The notes: generated by a model from the sequence alone, not told the origin. A stretch of 64,000 nt of DNA from Eledone cirrhosa (GCA_964016885.1 OZ024743.1:372496001-372560000), one strand, 5' to 3'; counted from the stretch's first letter, positions 37,592 through 50,267 are shown. Numbers and translations: made by a program.

Positions 37592-37988
37592 CCCTTAAGC
37601 ATTTACATTAGTCTATATTTACTATTATATTTTCACAGTAAAGGCTTTACCTTACATAATTATCTTGCATAATATTGGATCTATGAGATTTTGATATTAT
37701 TTATTTTGAGATCAATACCCTAAGATAAGTATGAGCAACCAGTTACAGCTGGTTTGAACAGAAAGAGGTGAGAGAATTCAGGCTGGATATAGCTAGTTTG
37801 AACAGAAAGAGGTGAGAGAATTCTGACTGGATACAACCAGTTCGAACAAAAATAGGTAAGAAAGTTCTGGCTGGATACAGCCGGCTTGAACAGAAAGAGG
37901 TGAGAGAATTCTGGCCGGATACAGTTGGTTTGAAGAGAAAGAGGTGAGAAAGTTCTGGCTGGATACGGCCGATTTAAATGTTAAAGGA
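37592..37988 (+). mobile_element. piggyBac-type MITE with an internal 44-bp unit expanded to 5 copies
   Basis: TTAA|CCCT...AGGA|TTAA, with GTTTGAACAGAAAGAGGTGAGAGAATTCTGGCTGGATACAGCCG-like units from 37752. Confidence 0.88.
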
Positions 37989-38639
37989 TTAAGAGAAGCA
38001 AAGTATTTTGTGGTAAATTTCTGAAGTTAGAGCTTGCTATGAAACACGACCCTACGCCTGCTGCTAGCATAATACTTTCTTTCAATTCTTATGTTGTTTT
38101 ATTTTCACTTTTTAAAAAATATTTTTGAAGTATATGCAATGGCTGATGAATACTATAACTGCTTTACAAAGATTTCTTCATTTTTGTTTTTATTTTTTTT
38201 TATTTTTCACAATTCTAAAGTTTCTTCCGGTATTACAATAAATAATTAATATTTTTTCATAAATTGTGTTTTGTTTTGTTTTTTAATTTTTCTATCTCTT
38301 TCACTGTATAACAAGTTTTGTCAAAAATTCTCAATAAGAATATATATATATACATATGTATATGTATATATATGATGTGTTCGCAGTATGGAGACCAAGA
38401 ACTCCTCAGATCAGAGTAGTACTTGGTGCATGTTTAGATACAAAATTGGTATAGTATTTAGTAAAATTCCAGCAGAGGGTCCACTCCACTTTTGCTGGAC
38501 TGCAAGATAAGATTACTGGCTTTGTACTGAAGCTTGCAGACCAGTCAAAATGGAGTGAGTCCTGTTTTGAAATTTTGCTAATTACTATATATATATAGTA
38601 ATTAGTAAAATATACATATATTCATTTATTTACCTCTGC

Positions 38640-39050
38640 CTAGAATGTAAGCATGCTGCATATTGGTTGTATACAGAGAAACCCTCATACTATCAGACAT
38701 CCAGAGGAACTGTTCAGGCCTAACAACTAATGAGTTCAAGTGTAGATTCACCCAACATTCACCCGCTCTCCTTTAGATGTAGGAGCAGGGAGAAATTTAA
38801 CTTCATGTCTCATTTCATATGTAGGCTCCATGACCAAGGGCACAAGAGCCCCAGCATTAAATGAAGAATTCTGGAAAGAGCAGCCCCATACCACTCTGGG
38901 AACTGCAACTGACAACTCTGTCTTCACAAGAAGTTGCGTATACTGCAGCAATCTGTGATATCCATCAACAGGTAAGCTGGCTTCATATTTTGCTGTTACT
39001 GGAGAAGTACCCTATTAGCCAACTACACAACCACGAGCCCCAGTAACCTA
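38640..39050 (+). mobile_element. Highly decayed Penelope-like GIY-YIG fragment
   Basis: Broken frames read GLTTNEFKCRFTQH...RLHDQGHKSPSIK*RILERAAPYHSGNCN*QLCLHKKLRIL, resembling PLE endonuclease C-termini (GLT..FK.R..H; W.IL..A.PY..C.LCL.EK). Confidence 0.55.
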
Positions 39051-40589
39051 CTAAGAACACTTTAAATCCACCCAGTTCACCTGTATGTGTGGAGCACTTA
39101 ATCCCTGCTCTTGAACCAACTCACACACTATGAAGATGCCTACACCAATCTGACACCAGCTGACATAAGACCTACTAAAAGCTTATCACATAATCACTTG
39201 AACATTCAGCCAGTCTGTGACACCAGACACATAGAGCAGATCTCCCAGCCTTAATGTTGTCTCAAGGCATCCATGAACATATATTTGATGTCACTGAATT
39301 GCCTTAGAATTAATGGTGCCATGGAAATAAAAAGTTCTCCTTAAAAACATGTCCCTAAAATGAGTTCTCCATCTAGTTTTTACCTATTTTCTGATGAAAT
39401 AAACATGCTTACATCTTGAAACTGTTGGTAATGCAGAAATATATCAAACCTTTAATATAAATGCCATATACAAACACACAGAAAAACATTCAATTCATTT
39501 CTGTATTATAGCTATTAATCTTATCCTCCTTATACATATCACATAGAATGTCTCTGAACCTAAATTCAACAGAGATTTTTTAGTCTTCATAACCTTATCC
39601 AATTTATCCTGTCTCTGAGCCTGACTAGGTCTTACTCTTATATCTCTATCTACTAGTTTATGTTAAACAATACGTTTGTAGTGCAATCTTTTCACACACT
39701 GAACCCTGGATGGCATCTAGCTGCCATTTCTCTTTTATCTGAGTTGGCGTCAGTTTATCTGGAGTGGCTGGTCAGCTTGAGATGAAAGTGAGATAAGTTC
39801 TTTTGTGTCACTCAACTCTGGTAACTCGAAAGCAAAGCATCACTTTGACTTACTCACTTTTCCTCTATCACTTTCTCTCTCCTCCAGAAAAAAATTGGCT
39901 GTACTCAGACCTGGAGAGGTGATGGACTTAGCTAGGTTTAATACATTTGAGAAACAATATGTCACTACAGCCTCCTACAACTCCACTAGGAGTTAAAGGG
40001 TTATACATGTATAAACATTATAGAGAATAACAAAAGTAATTTAGTCTAATAGTAATAATACATGCATCATAACAACCCACTCATATGTATATACCTAAGC
40101 AGTGGAGACTTCTGGTGTCCTTGGCCCAAAGATCACTTTTCTAATCACCACCATCAGCATAGAGTTGGCTACCCACAGGTGTGAACCCTAATAACTGGAA
40201 TGGCTCTTCCTATGCGTCTCCCTCACCATCCTCCGAGGAAATGCCTTCTCTATTCTGCCCAGCAGGACCACGGGGTGGCCAGCCTGTGGGCGCCATGTGC
40301 TTATAATAGTGAGAGGTGGGGGAGAGCAAGAGAGACGGAGGCAGTGAGTGAAAGTATTTTACTACATCTTGTTTGGTGTATGACCATAAGATATAAGTAA
40401 AGAAAGAGTTATTTCCCTTAGTAGAGTGGTTTTTTTTTTTTTTTTTTTTTTGGTTTTTTTGGTTTTTTTAAAATTTATTTCCTAATGTCATATTTACGTA
40501 GATTAAATGTTAAAGTAGCATAGCATACAGTTCGATCCACAAAATCCCAGAACTCATTAAATCTGACCAGGGAAAAAATGTTTCCATTG

Positions 40590-40835
40590 ATAATAATAAT
40601 AATGAAAATTATTGTGTACAGTGCTCAGGTGCACTACAATTTATCAAAGGTGCATATATATAGTACATAGAATAATGTAAAAATGTCAGGAAAGTGAATA
40701 GTGTATGAGTCATGAGATACATGCATGCTTGTGTATGGAGGTGGAATAACAGGAATTTTAGGAAGTATGGAAGTTTTGAAGGAAGCAGTGTCCCGACAGC
40801 TAACAACTGATGCAGGTAGCCATGCTTCAGCAACT
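40590..40835 (-). mobile_element. CR1-like LINE 3' end fragment
   Basis: Reverse complement of the 3' end of 43820-44510 (GTAGTGCACCTGAGCAC..TACACAATAATTTTCATT). Confidence 0.75.
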
Positions 40836-41207
40836 TTGGTCTTTCCATTGCTGATACTATCTACTGATCACAATTCCAGACAGAAAATATTGAAGTAAAG
40901 TCAATTATTTTTAGTATGTGGTCGTTAATATAATTAAGTATATCATTAATTAGTAAATAAATATCTATATATAAATGAGGTTTAGTTATAAATGTTTAAA
41001 TATGCCCATCTGCGCACTGGGTAAGGTGTAGAAATATAAGAATGTAAGCATGATGCTAGCTACCCAGCTCACCATGTGGTCAGTACCTCCATTTGCAGTA
41101 GGGTAAAACAGTGATATGAAGAAAAGGGTAAGTAATGTAGGAGACACTAGAGGAGAGTGATGATAGGGGGGTCAAATATAGACAAGCCAAATTTCACATC
41201 TCACCAC

Positions 41208-41506
41208 CAGGCCCAGATTTAATGGGGGGAAGGGGGCAATTGCCCCAGTCTGTCTGCAGTGGGAGGGGGCCCCACCAGCGATGGCCGTAGCAATTTATTT
41301 GTTCCCTCAGCTGGGCTTTTTAGTTTTAGGATGGTTAGAATGTTTTAATCTAATACCTGTATGTATAACTTTCCAATTACTTGCACCAAACTAACTTTGA
41401 TATGTAAAATTGGGGTGGAAGGGGTTGTGTAGTCTAATTTTTTGTGTATGAGGGGCCCACCATACCTGAAGTGCCCTGGGCCCCCCAAGGTCTAAGTCCA
41501 ACCCTG
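41208..41506 (+). mobile_element. hAT-type MITE, second diverged copy
   Basis: CAGG...CCTG ends and internal similarity to 10215-10525. The TSD is degenerate. Confidence 0.7.
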
Positions 41507-42062
41507 TCCACTACATGGCTGCTGTACAAAGATGGGATGATTACGGCTGGTATATCTTTCATTATAGGTTTGTTCAATCAAAGCTAAGTTCCATCCCAGT
41601 TTACTGACAACCTGTCCAACCCTTGCTAGCAGGGAAAGCTGACATTAAATGATTATGATGATGATGTTTTATTTAGTTATACTGACAAACACTTGAGATT
41701 ATCAGTTATCAAGAGAAGTTATATATGAGGTTTGTCAGAAAAGTATCCACTTCATAGTTGCAGCACAAAAAAGGGGATTGGTATTACTGTTATATCTTTC
41801 ATTATTGATTTCTATAATTAGAGCTGACCTGAGGCTAAACAACAAAAATCTGACCTTTTGATAAATATATTGTGCTTTGTTACATGAAAATAATATTGAT
41901 AAGGGATTAAAGAAATCAATATTATTATTTTTCAGATATAGATTTAAAAAAAAACAACATATTATTATATCTTGCTACCTACTGCAATATGAGGCCTGTG
42001 AAGGTTTGGGGCCTACCTGTCCATACTGGCCAAGTGTTGATTACATATTATATCTTGCCACC

Positions 42063-42492
42063 TATGGTAGTGAGACTTGGGCAGCAACTGCAGAGGATAT
42101 GCGACGGCTGGAGAGAAATGAGGCAAGCATGCTCCGTTGGATGTGCAGTGTAAATGTGCGTGAACGACCCAGCATAAATGTGTTGAGAGAGAAACTGTGT
42201 CTGAGAGGGATAGAATGTAGTGTGCGAGAGAGGAGACTGAGTGGTATGGACATGTGATGCGCATGGAGGATGACCGATGGGTGAAGTGCCAGGAAATGCC
42301 AGTTGAAGGAAGACGTGGTAGAGGTAGACCACGAAAAACATGGGCGGAGGTGGTGAGAACAGACCTCAGATCGCTGAAGCTCACGGTGGAGATGACGAGG
42401 GACCGTGACAAGTGGAGAGATGCTGTGCTGAATAAGACCCGTCCCACCCTTGCAAGCAGGGAAAAGCAGACGTAAAAGGATGATGATGATGA
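42063..42492 (+). mobile_element. 5'-truncated RTE 3' end (family of 29393-31172)
   Basis: GSETWAATAEDMRRLERNE...GRGRPRKTWAEV followed by a (GAT)n tail. Confidence 0.92.
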
Positions 42493-43049
42493 TACCCACT
42501 GCAATGTGAGGCCTCTGAAGGTTTAGGGCCTACCTGTCCATACTGTCCAAGTGTGGGTTACATACCATTATATTTTGCATTAGTGCTAGATTGGCAGAAT
42601 TGTTGGGGCCTTAGATGAAGTGCTTTGTGCTATTGCTTCTGGTACTTTACATTCTGAGTTCAAATCTCACCTCCTGTTACCAAAACAAAAAGATGAAAGA
42701 AATAGTGACACAAAAGAGACCTCTTATGAGATGATTCAACCTCATAGAAAGCCAGTTAAATCAATACAGATGTAAATCATGTTTCTAGAGGTACTTTACC
42801 CAATTTCCTCAACTATTATTTATAGTAATGGACTATTATTATGGTCATTTTCATTGGATGCACTCATTTCAAATTTCAAATCTTACTGATGCTTCCTAAG
42901 TCAACAACATTGTTTATAATTTTAGCTACAGCCATAAAATGTTCTAAAAAGACAATTGGTGGTCCAGTGACTCTTTAGTGTAGTAGTCACGTCACACAAC
43001 TAGCATCCAAGTAGGGTTAGATTCAGACCTCAATGGAGTAGTCGTTCAA

Positions 43050-43495
43050 ATGAACCGAAAGACTTCTGTTAAACATGACTATAGAAGTAACAATTTATAT
43101 GTGTTGGCCCTAAAGACGGCCTTTGAACGTTCCCTTTGAAATATCTCTGCAGCGGTGCTGCCAGCAAAGACGAATTCATTGGTAACAATTTAAAGTCGGT
43201 GGCCCTAAAGAGAGCCTTGGATCGTTCACTCTTAAAAGTCTCAGCGGCAGTGCTGCCAGCAAAGACGAATCCAGCGATAACAATTTATAGTTCATGGCCC
43301 TGAAGAGGACCTTTTAACGTTCACTTTGAAATATCTCAGCGGCGGTGCTGCCAGCAAAGATGAATCCAACGGTAACAATTTAAACTTGGTGGCCCTGAAG
43401 AGGGCCTTGGATCGTTCACTCTTAAAAGTCCCAGTGGCTGAGCTGTCAGCAAAGACGACTTCGATTAGAGGTGGTGGCCCTTAAGAAGTCCTTCA
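43050..43495. repeat. 95-bp tandem array (~4.5 units, alternating A/B), each unit with a 16-nt hairpin
   Basis: RTAACAATTTA recurs at 43087, 43182, 43277 and 43372. Confidence 0.9.
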
Positions 43496-43819
43496 CACCA
43501 CTTTGGTGTGTCATATTTGCTTTGCTTGTTATTTGAGATTGTAACCTAGAAAAGCATGTAACAGTCGGTGGCCACAAAAACGGACCCTGGCAAGATCACG
43601 CTGGAATGTAAAAAAAATGTGTAAATAAGATGTAGGGAAAAGTAGATTAATTAGGTTAAAACTACGGAACATCGATAGCAAAGCGTGATAGCAACATATA
43701 AATGCGGAAAACGGAGACATTGAACATTTTTAACATATAGCATAAGCAACCTCAGAGGCATACGTGGTATTGTCAAATGGACAAAAATAGCACACGGATA
43801 CAGCAAATGTAAGCACTTA

Positions 43820-44510
43820 TACATCACTCAGCAAGACCTTTGTCAGCCGCTCTCCAGCTATCTATTTAAGGCTGTACATGGCTATGGTGCGGCCACACTT
43901 AGAATTTGCATCATCAGTCTGGAACCCCTATCTTGCTCAGAACATTGACCGCCTGGAAACTGTTCAGAGATGTGTAACCAAGCGAATACGCTCCATCAGG
44001 CATCTACCATACTCTGAACGCCTTGCTTCCCTGGGCATGGATACATTGAAGCTCCGACGCCTGGCAACTGACTTGGTAAACACCCACAAAATTGTTAACC
44101 ATCTTGCCTGAGCACCTTTTTGATTTACATGTGTCTAACACACGTGGACATGCCCACAAAGTCAGAAAACAGCACAGTTCCCATGACTTTCGGAAACATT
44201 TTTTCATGCTCAGAGTTGCTGAAGCATGGAACAAACTATCTGCATCAGTTGTTAGCTGTCGAGACACTGCATCCTTTAAAACCTCCATCAGTTGTTAGCT
44301 GTCGAGACACTGCAACCTTTAAAACCTCCATGCTTCCTGAGATTCACCAACACTACACCTAATATTCCCCTTCCATACATACACACATGTATATCATGAC
44401 TCATACACTATTCACTTCCCTGATATTTGTATATTATTCTATGTACTATACATGCACCTTTGACGAGTTGTAGTGCACCTGAGCACTTTACACAATAATT
44501 TCATTATTAT
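43820..44510 (+). mobile_element. CR1-clade LINE 3' fragment
   Basis: MVRPHLEFASSVWNPY, LETVQR, YSERLASL, NTRGH and KHFFMLRVAEAWNKL. A 43-bp tandem duplication lies at 44244-44329. Confidence 0.88.
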
Positions 44511-44615
44511 ATGTCTTAAGTAACATACTAACGGCAAATCTGCATATGAAAAACACAGTTCTTCATCTATACAACCAATGTAACTATTAAAGAACAGTCA
44601 ATAAGCTGATCAAAG

Positions 44616-44662
<47 letters not shown>

Positions 44663-44981
44663 GCTGCTGCTGCTGTTGCTGTTGCTACTAATACTACTAC
44701 TACTATTACTACTAATAATACTGCTACTACTACTACTGTTCTCAGTGCCATACTGTCCCTTAACAGAATCTTATGATGGTGATGATGATGACAATGATGA
44801 TGGTGACAATGATGATGATGATGATGATGATGACAATGATGATGATGATGATGATGATGACAACGATGATGATGACAATGATGATGATAATGATTTACTC
44901 GCTACACATATCCAGTTCATTCTCCTTTGGAGACACACACTCACAGAGAGCATAGTTTTGTACACCACCCTCCTTCCTCCC

Positions 44982-45042
<61 letters not shown>
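44616..45042. repeat. (CTA)n, (GAT)n and (CA)n microsatellites
   Basis: Direct inspection. Confidence 0.95.
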
Positions 45043-45047
<5 letters not shown>

Positions 45048-45269
45048 TCACATATACTCACACAGAGCTTTGTGCAAAAATTGAAACGCTGTTTGATTTT
45101 TTTCCAACGTAGAAGTTTCGTTTTAACTCATTCATATATTATCTCTCCTTTTTATTTTACTGTTGGAGTCTTGTGACCTTCATTTCAAAAGATCGTATTA
45201 CAGCCATCAACATTCCACAGCCAGGAACGCTCCTGTATACCTATATACATAATCAGGTATCCACCTGTG

Positions 45270-45541
45270 TACCTGTGGTAGATATATTAACATTATGTAT
45301 ACCTGTGGTACTTATATTAGTATTATATACTCCTGTGATACTTATATTAACATTATATACACCTGTTGTACTTATAGTAACATTATATATACCTGCAGTA
45401 GTTATATTAACATTATATACACCTGTGGTACTTATATTAACATTGTGTATACCTGTGATAGTTATAGTAACATTATATACACCTGTGGTTCTTATATTAA
45501 TATTATATACACCTGTGATACTTATATTAACATTGTGTATG
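45270..45541. repeat. 30-bp minisatellite, 9 units (ACCTGTGGTACTTATATTAACATTATATAC)
   Basis: Exact 30-bp periodicity. Confidence 0.93.
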
Positions 45542-45696
45542 CTAACACATGTGATAGCGTAGGGGGCGAAGAGAGGGATAGAAGTCCTTTCTAACTTTTT
45601 AACCACCCCCACGCGACCCCACGGCTGCTTAACTGTTCATTACTTTGATTAGCTCAGGTGTACTAATAAGTCAAATTATTTCAGATATATTCATTT

Positions 45697-46437
45697 CCAC
45701 TACCACCACCATCACCACCACCACTACCACCACCATCACCACCACCATTACCACCACCATTATCACCACTACCATCAACCACCACTATCACTACCACCAC
45801 AATCACCACCATTACCACTACCATTATCATCACTACCATCAACTACCACTACCTCTGCCATCAACCACCACCACTGCCACCACCATCATCACTACCATTA
45901 TCACCACTACCATCAACCACCACCACCACTACCACCTCCATCATCACCATCACCACTACCATTATCAACACTACCATCAACTACCACTACCACTACCATC
46001 AACCACCACCACCACCACTACCATTATCAACACTACCATCATCACAGCCACCACCATCACCACCATTACCACTACAATCAACCTCTACTACCATCAACCA
46101 CCACCACCACCACCACCATCATCACCACCATTATCACCACTATCATCAACCACCACCACCACCACTACCACCACCACCACCATCATCACCACAACCATTG
46201 TCACTACTACCATTATCACCACTACCATCGTTACAGCCTCCACCACTACCACCACCATCACCACCACCATTATCACCACCATTATCACCACTATCATCAA
46301 CCACCACCATCACTACTACCACCACTACCATCATCACCATCACCACTACCATTATCACCACTACCATCAATCACCACCACCATCATCACCATCATCACAG
46401 CCCCCACCATCACAGCCACCACCACCACTACCATCAC
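45697..46437. repeat. (ACC/ATC/ACT)n low-complexity tract
   Basis: Direct inspection. Confidence 0.93.
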
Positions 46438-46729
46438 TGCAGTAAAACTTCAGATAAGAATAATAACAAGGAATGAGCAAAAATAAATAAATGAATAAAT
46501 AGATAAAAACAACAACAAAAAAAAAACACTATTGAAATTAAGAAGGACCATCTGCATTTTATTTGCTGTGGTTCTATGTTGGAAATCTGCTAAAGTGTGT
46601 ACATGTTTCTCCCTCGCCCCCTCTCTCACAGTCTCTCTCTCTCTCTCCCTCTCTCTCTGATGAGGGACTAATTTTATAATATGTAACCCATGTGCAACCA
46701 CGCAGTTTCCCGCTTTCTTCCCATGTTTT

Positions 46730-46764
<35 letters not shown>

Positions 46765-46991
46765 ACATATATGTATGTGTGTGCATATGTGTGTGTCCTG
46801 TCTCATGATGCTTTTTGTTTGTTTTTGTGGCTTACTTTTCATTATATATATATATTAGAAAGTGAGGTTTTTTTTTACAAAATGAAAAATAACCGAGGTG
46901 TCCTACACGAGTGAAAGTATAAAGAAAAAGGGATGAAATCGAAAATGCAACTGAAGTCTTATTTAAAAAAAATATATATATTTATTTGGTT

Positions 46992-47029
46992 CCTTTACCG
47001 GTTTCGCAGTTTTTCTGCTTTTCAAAAGG
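46992..47029 (-). ncRNA. Degenerate minimal hammerhead ribozyme
   Basis: The minus strand reads CCTT-TTGAAAA-GCAG-AAAAA-CTGC-GAAA-CCGG-TA-AAGG. All three stems pair, but the CUGANGA box has two substitutions. Confidence 0.5.
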
Positions 47030-47044
47030 TGAGTTGAGATGGAG

Positions 47045-47481
<437 letters not shown>

Positions 47482-47493
47482 ATATATAAATAT

Positions 47494-47536
<43 letters not shown>

Positions 47537-47814
47537 CTAATGTTTATGTACTAATGTATATATATATATGCAGATGATTAGGGTGTTTAACTGTGAAGGT
47601 TACATTGCAACGCTGCAAATATAATCCAGTTTAAGCAGTCCAAAAGCACTCCAAGTCAGTAGTGTATCCCCACCATTCAGGACCATACTATTAATGAGAA
47701 TCATCATCATAATATCACCCATGGTAGTAATAAAAGTGATAGTAATATTAGTTTTAGTCATATGTTGCCCAATTTACTTATGAACTATCCTTTATCATAG
47801 TCCTCATAGTGATA

Positions 47815-48003
47815 ATAATTGTTTCTACTATTGGCACAAGGCCAGCAACTACCTGTACATTACTGGTACTTTATTTTATCGACCCTGTAAGGATGAAAGG
47901 CAAAGTTAACCTCGGCGGGATTTGAACTCAGAATGGCAAGGGCCGTAACTCTATGCGTCCAAAGCAAGGCGTCCGGCCCTCTACCGATACTGCCAATTCA
48001 CCA
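47815..48003 (-). mobile_element. SINE family 1 copy
   Basis: Same structure as 9034-9217. Confidence 0.88.
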
Positions 48004-48071
48004 ATAATGAAATGTTGCCAATTAAGACAGAGTTTCCATTTAATAGTGTTAAGATAGGGTTACTTTTACAT

Positions 48072-48317
48072 AATTGTTTTACTGACATAGTTAATAACCA
48101 TGATATGATTACATCAGTGATAGTCCCCATGTGACATCATCAGATGCTCATGCAATTATGGAGTATAGTTAAGCTGGTAAGTATATCTACATACCAGCAT
48201 AACTACATCTCATAATTGCATGATTATCTGATGATGACACATAGGGACTGTCATTGAAGTAACAATAGCATGATTACTAATGTATATTACTATTGTATAT
48301 TAGGCAATAAAACAATT
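48072..48317. repeat. Imperfect ~245-bp foldback palindrome
   Basis: GATAGTCCCCATGTGACATCATCAGATGCTCATGCAATTATG pairs with CATAATTGCATGATTATCTGATGATGACACATAGGGACTGTC. The loop is near 48180-48191. Confidence 0.8.
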
Positions 48318-48415
48318 TGAGACTTAAGAGTAGGCAATAGTTTGTTTTGGTTTTTTTTTTAGCTGTTATTGGATGTGGATGTTACATAATGGGGTAGTTC
48401 TATGTTTCATAGACA

Positions 48416-48778
48416 CAAGGGTTGGCTGAAAAGCTCATATGCTGAGCATGAAGGTGATGCTAGAGCTGTGGAATCTTGCATGCATTAATTTCAACTCTTC
48501 TTATTAATAACAGCATTGTTTCTTTCCAGGAACTATGTTGTAAAATAAACCTTATTTGGTCCTTCCATGAGAGTATCTTGGTTAGCCTATGAACTTCTCA
48601 GCTGACCCTCGTATATTGTAGTGATGCTAGAGCTGTGAAATCTTGCATGCATTAATTTCAACTCTTCTTATTAATAACAGCATTGTATCTTTCCAGGAAC
48701 TATGTTGAAAAATAAATCTCATTTGATCATTCCATGAGAGTATCTTGGTCAGCCTATGAACTTTACTGCCAACCCTCA
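48416..48778. mobile_element. Mariner/Tc1-type MITE (48416-48611) plus a tandem copy of its right ~160 bp (48622-48778)
   Basis: TIR CAAGGGTTGGCTGAAAGCTCATATGCTGA / TTAGCCTATGAACTTCTCAGCTGACCCTCG followed by TA. Confidence 0.7.
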
Positions 48779-49001
48779 TAATTGAGATAATTTGGATTGA
48801 TATTGCAGACACATGGTACCATTTGCTGATTATGTAATTTTGTTGGCTATTGCAGTACATGTATATGTTATATGTCATCATGGCACCTTTTTGCTCCATC
48901 AATATTTAAAGAAAGACACTGCCTGTGATGTTTTCAAATATTTTGAAAATAGTCAAGAATTTGAAGGGATTTACTAATATAACTAACTTTGTCAGCAGTA
49001 C

Positions 49002-49219
49002 CCCTTTAGCATTTAAACCATCCGAATCTGATCAGAATCTTTCACCTCTTTCTGTTCAAACTGGTCATAACTGGCCACTCATACTGATGTTAAGGTATTG
49101 TTCTCAAAACAAATATTATCAAAATCTCATACATTCGATATTATGAGGTAATTATGTGAGGTAAAGCCTTTACTGTAAAAATATAATAGTAAATATTGAG
49201 TAATGCAAATGCTAAAGGA
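49002..49219 (-). mobile_element. piggyBac-type MITE, opposite orientation
   Basis: Reverse complement of the 9692-9902 family. Confidence 0.82.
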
Positions 49220-49424
49220 TTAAGCTGATTTTAGAACATAACTTACCATAGGTTCTTAAAATTATAGGTGTTTAGATAAATATAGATACTTGGTTCTTAC
49301 ATAAAATTATAAGTGTTTAGATAAATATAAATACTTTAATACAAACATAACATTGGTTCTGACATAAAATTATAGTGGAAGGTGTTAAAATAAATACAAA
49401 CATTTTCATATCATAGAACCAGGT

Positions 49425-49850
49425 CATGAATCTTGGGTAAGGACCAAAAGAATATGATCGCGAATACAAGTGGCCAAAATGGAGTTCCTTCGAAGGGTCT
49501 TTGGAGTAACGTTGCTTGATAGAGTGCATAACTCAGAGATCAGAGAGTCACTCCAGGTAGAGCCACTACTTCTCCAAATTGAGAGATCACAGCTCCGATC
49601 CTATGAGCATTGGGTTAGAATGTCTCAAGAAAGAATCGCTGGACAGATTTTATGGGCAAAGCTAACTCCCAGGAGACCCAGAGGTAGACCCTGAGTATGA
49701 TGGTTGGATAACATCTATGAGCTCAGCTGGTCTCACTTGGGGTTCCAGCCGGATCAGTTGGAGATGGTTGCTTCTGACAGGACCCACTGGAAGGAGTGAT
49801 TGAGGACTCTGCCCCCATGATGCTCTCAGGAATAAGTGGGCGAAGAAGTG
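49425..49850 (+). mobile_element. Expander/Rex3-like RTE 3' fragment
   Basis: MEFLRRVFGVTLLDRVHNSEIRESLQVEPLLLQIERSQLR...RPRGRP. Confidence 0.85.
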
Positions 49851-50102
49851 AACCAGAGGCAGTTTCAAGTGGATTGGTGTCAAAAGTGATAGTCACAAGT
49901 TTTTCATGATCATGCTATATAATTTGTTTTATTATTAAATTTAATATTTTTACTCTTCAGATATGGCCGATGGTGGTTTTTGTTGGTTTGCATTAATGTT
50001 TCCTTCCTTTTTTAAGACAGTAAAGTGTGATTTGAGGGAAATATAGCTGCTATGTTAAAGTATGCTCAGTGACTATATTGAGGCTCCTTTGTTGGTTTAG
50101 TG

Positions 50103-50235
50103 TCATCATCAACATCATTATCTTCATCATCATCATCATCTTCTTCATCATCATCGTCATCATCCTCATAATCATCTTCATCATCATTACCATCTTCATC
50201 ATTTCTATCACCACCACCATCATCATCATCATTGC

Positions 50236-50267
<32 letters not shown>

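Noticed and set aside
37752-37975. 44-bp repeats as a CRISPR array
   Set aside because: Contiguous tandem units inside a MITE, with no spacers.
39390-39435. CTGATGA...GAAAC...GTA downstream of the Penelope remnant
   Set aside because: The position is suggestive, but stems I and II do not pair. At best a decayed relic.
43050-43495. CRISPR-like array, or tandem hammerheads (CTGAAGA...GAAA)
   Set aside because: Whole units repeat with no unique spacers and there are no cas genes in this eukaryotic context. GAAA is present only in alternate units and stem II does not pair.
44676-46476. Poly-L/D/T/H ORFs and the 30-bp repeat ORFs
   Set aside because: Translations of microsatellites and minisatellites.
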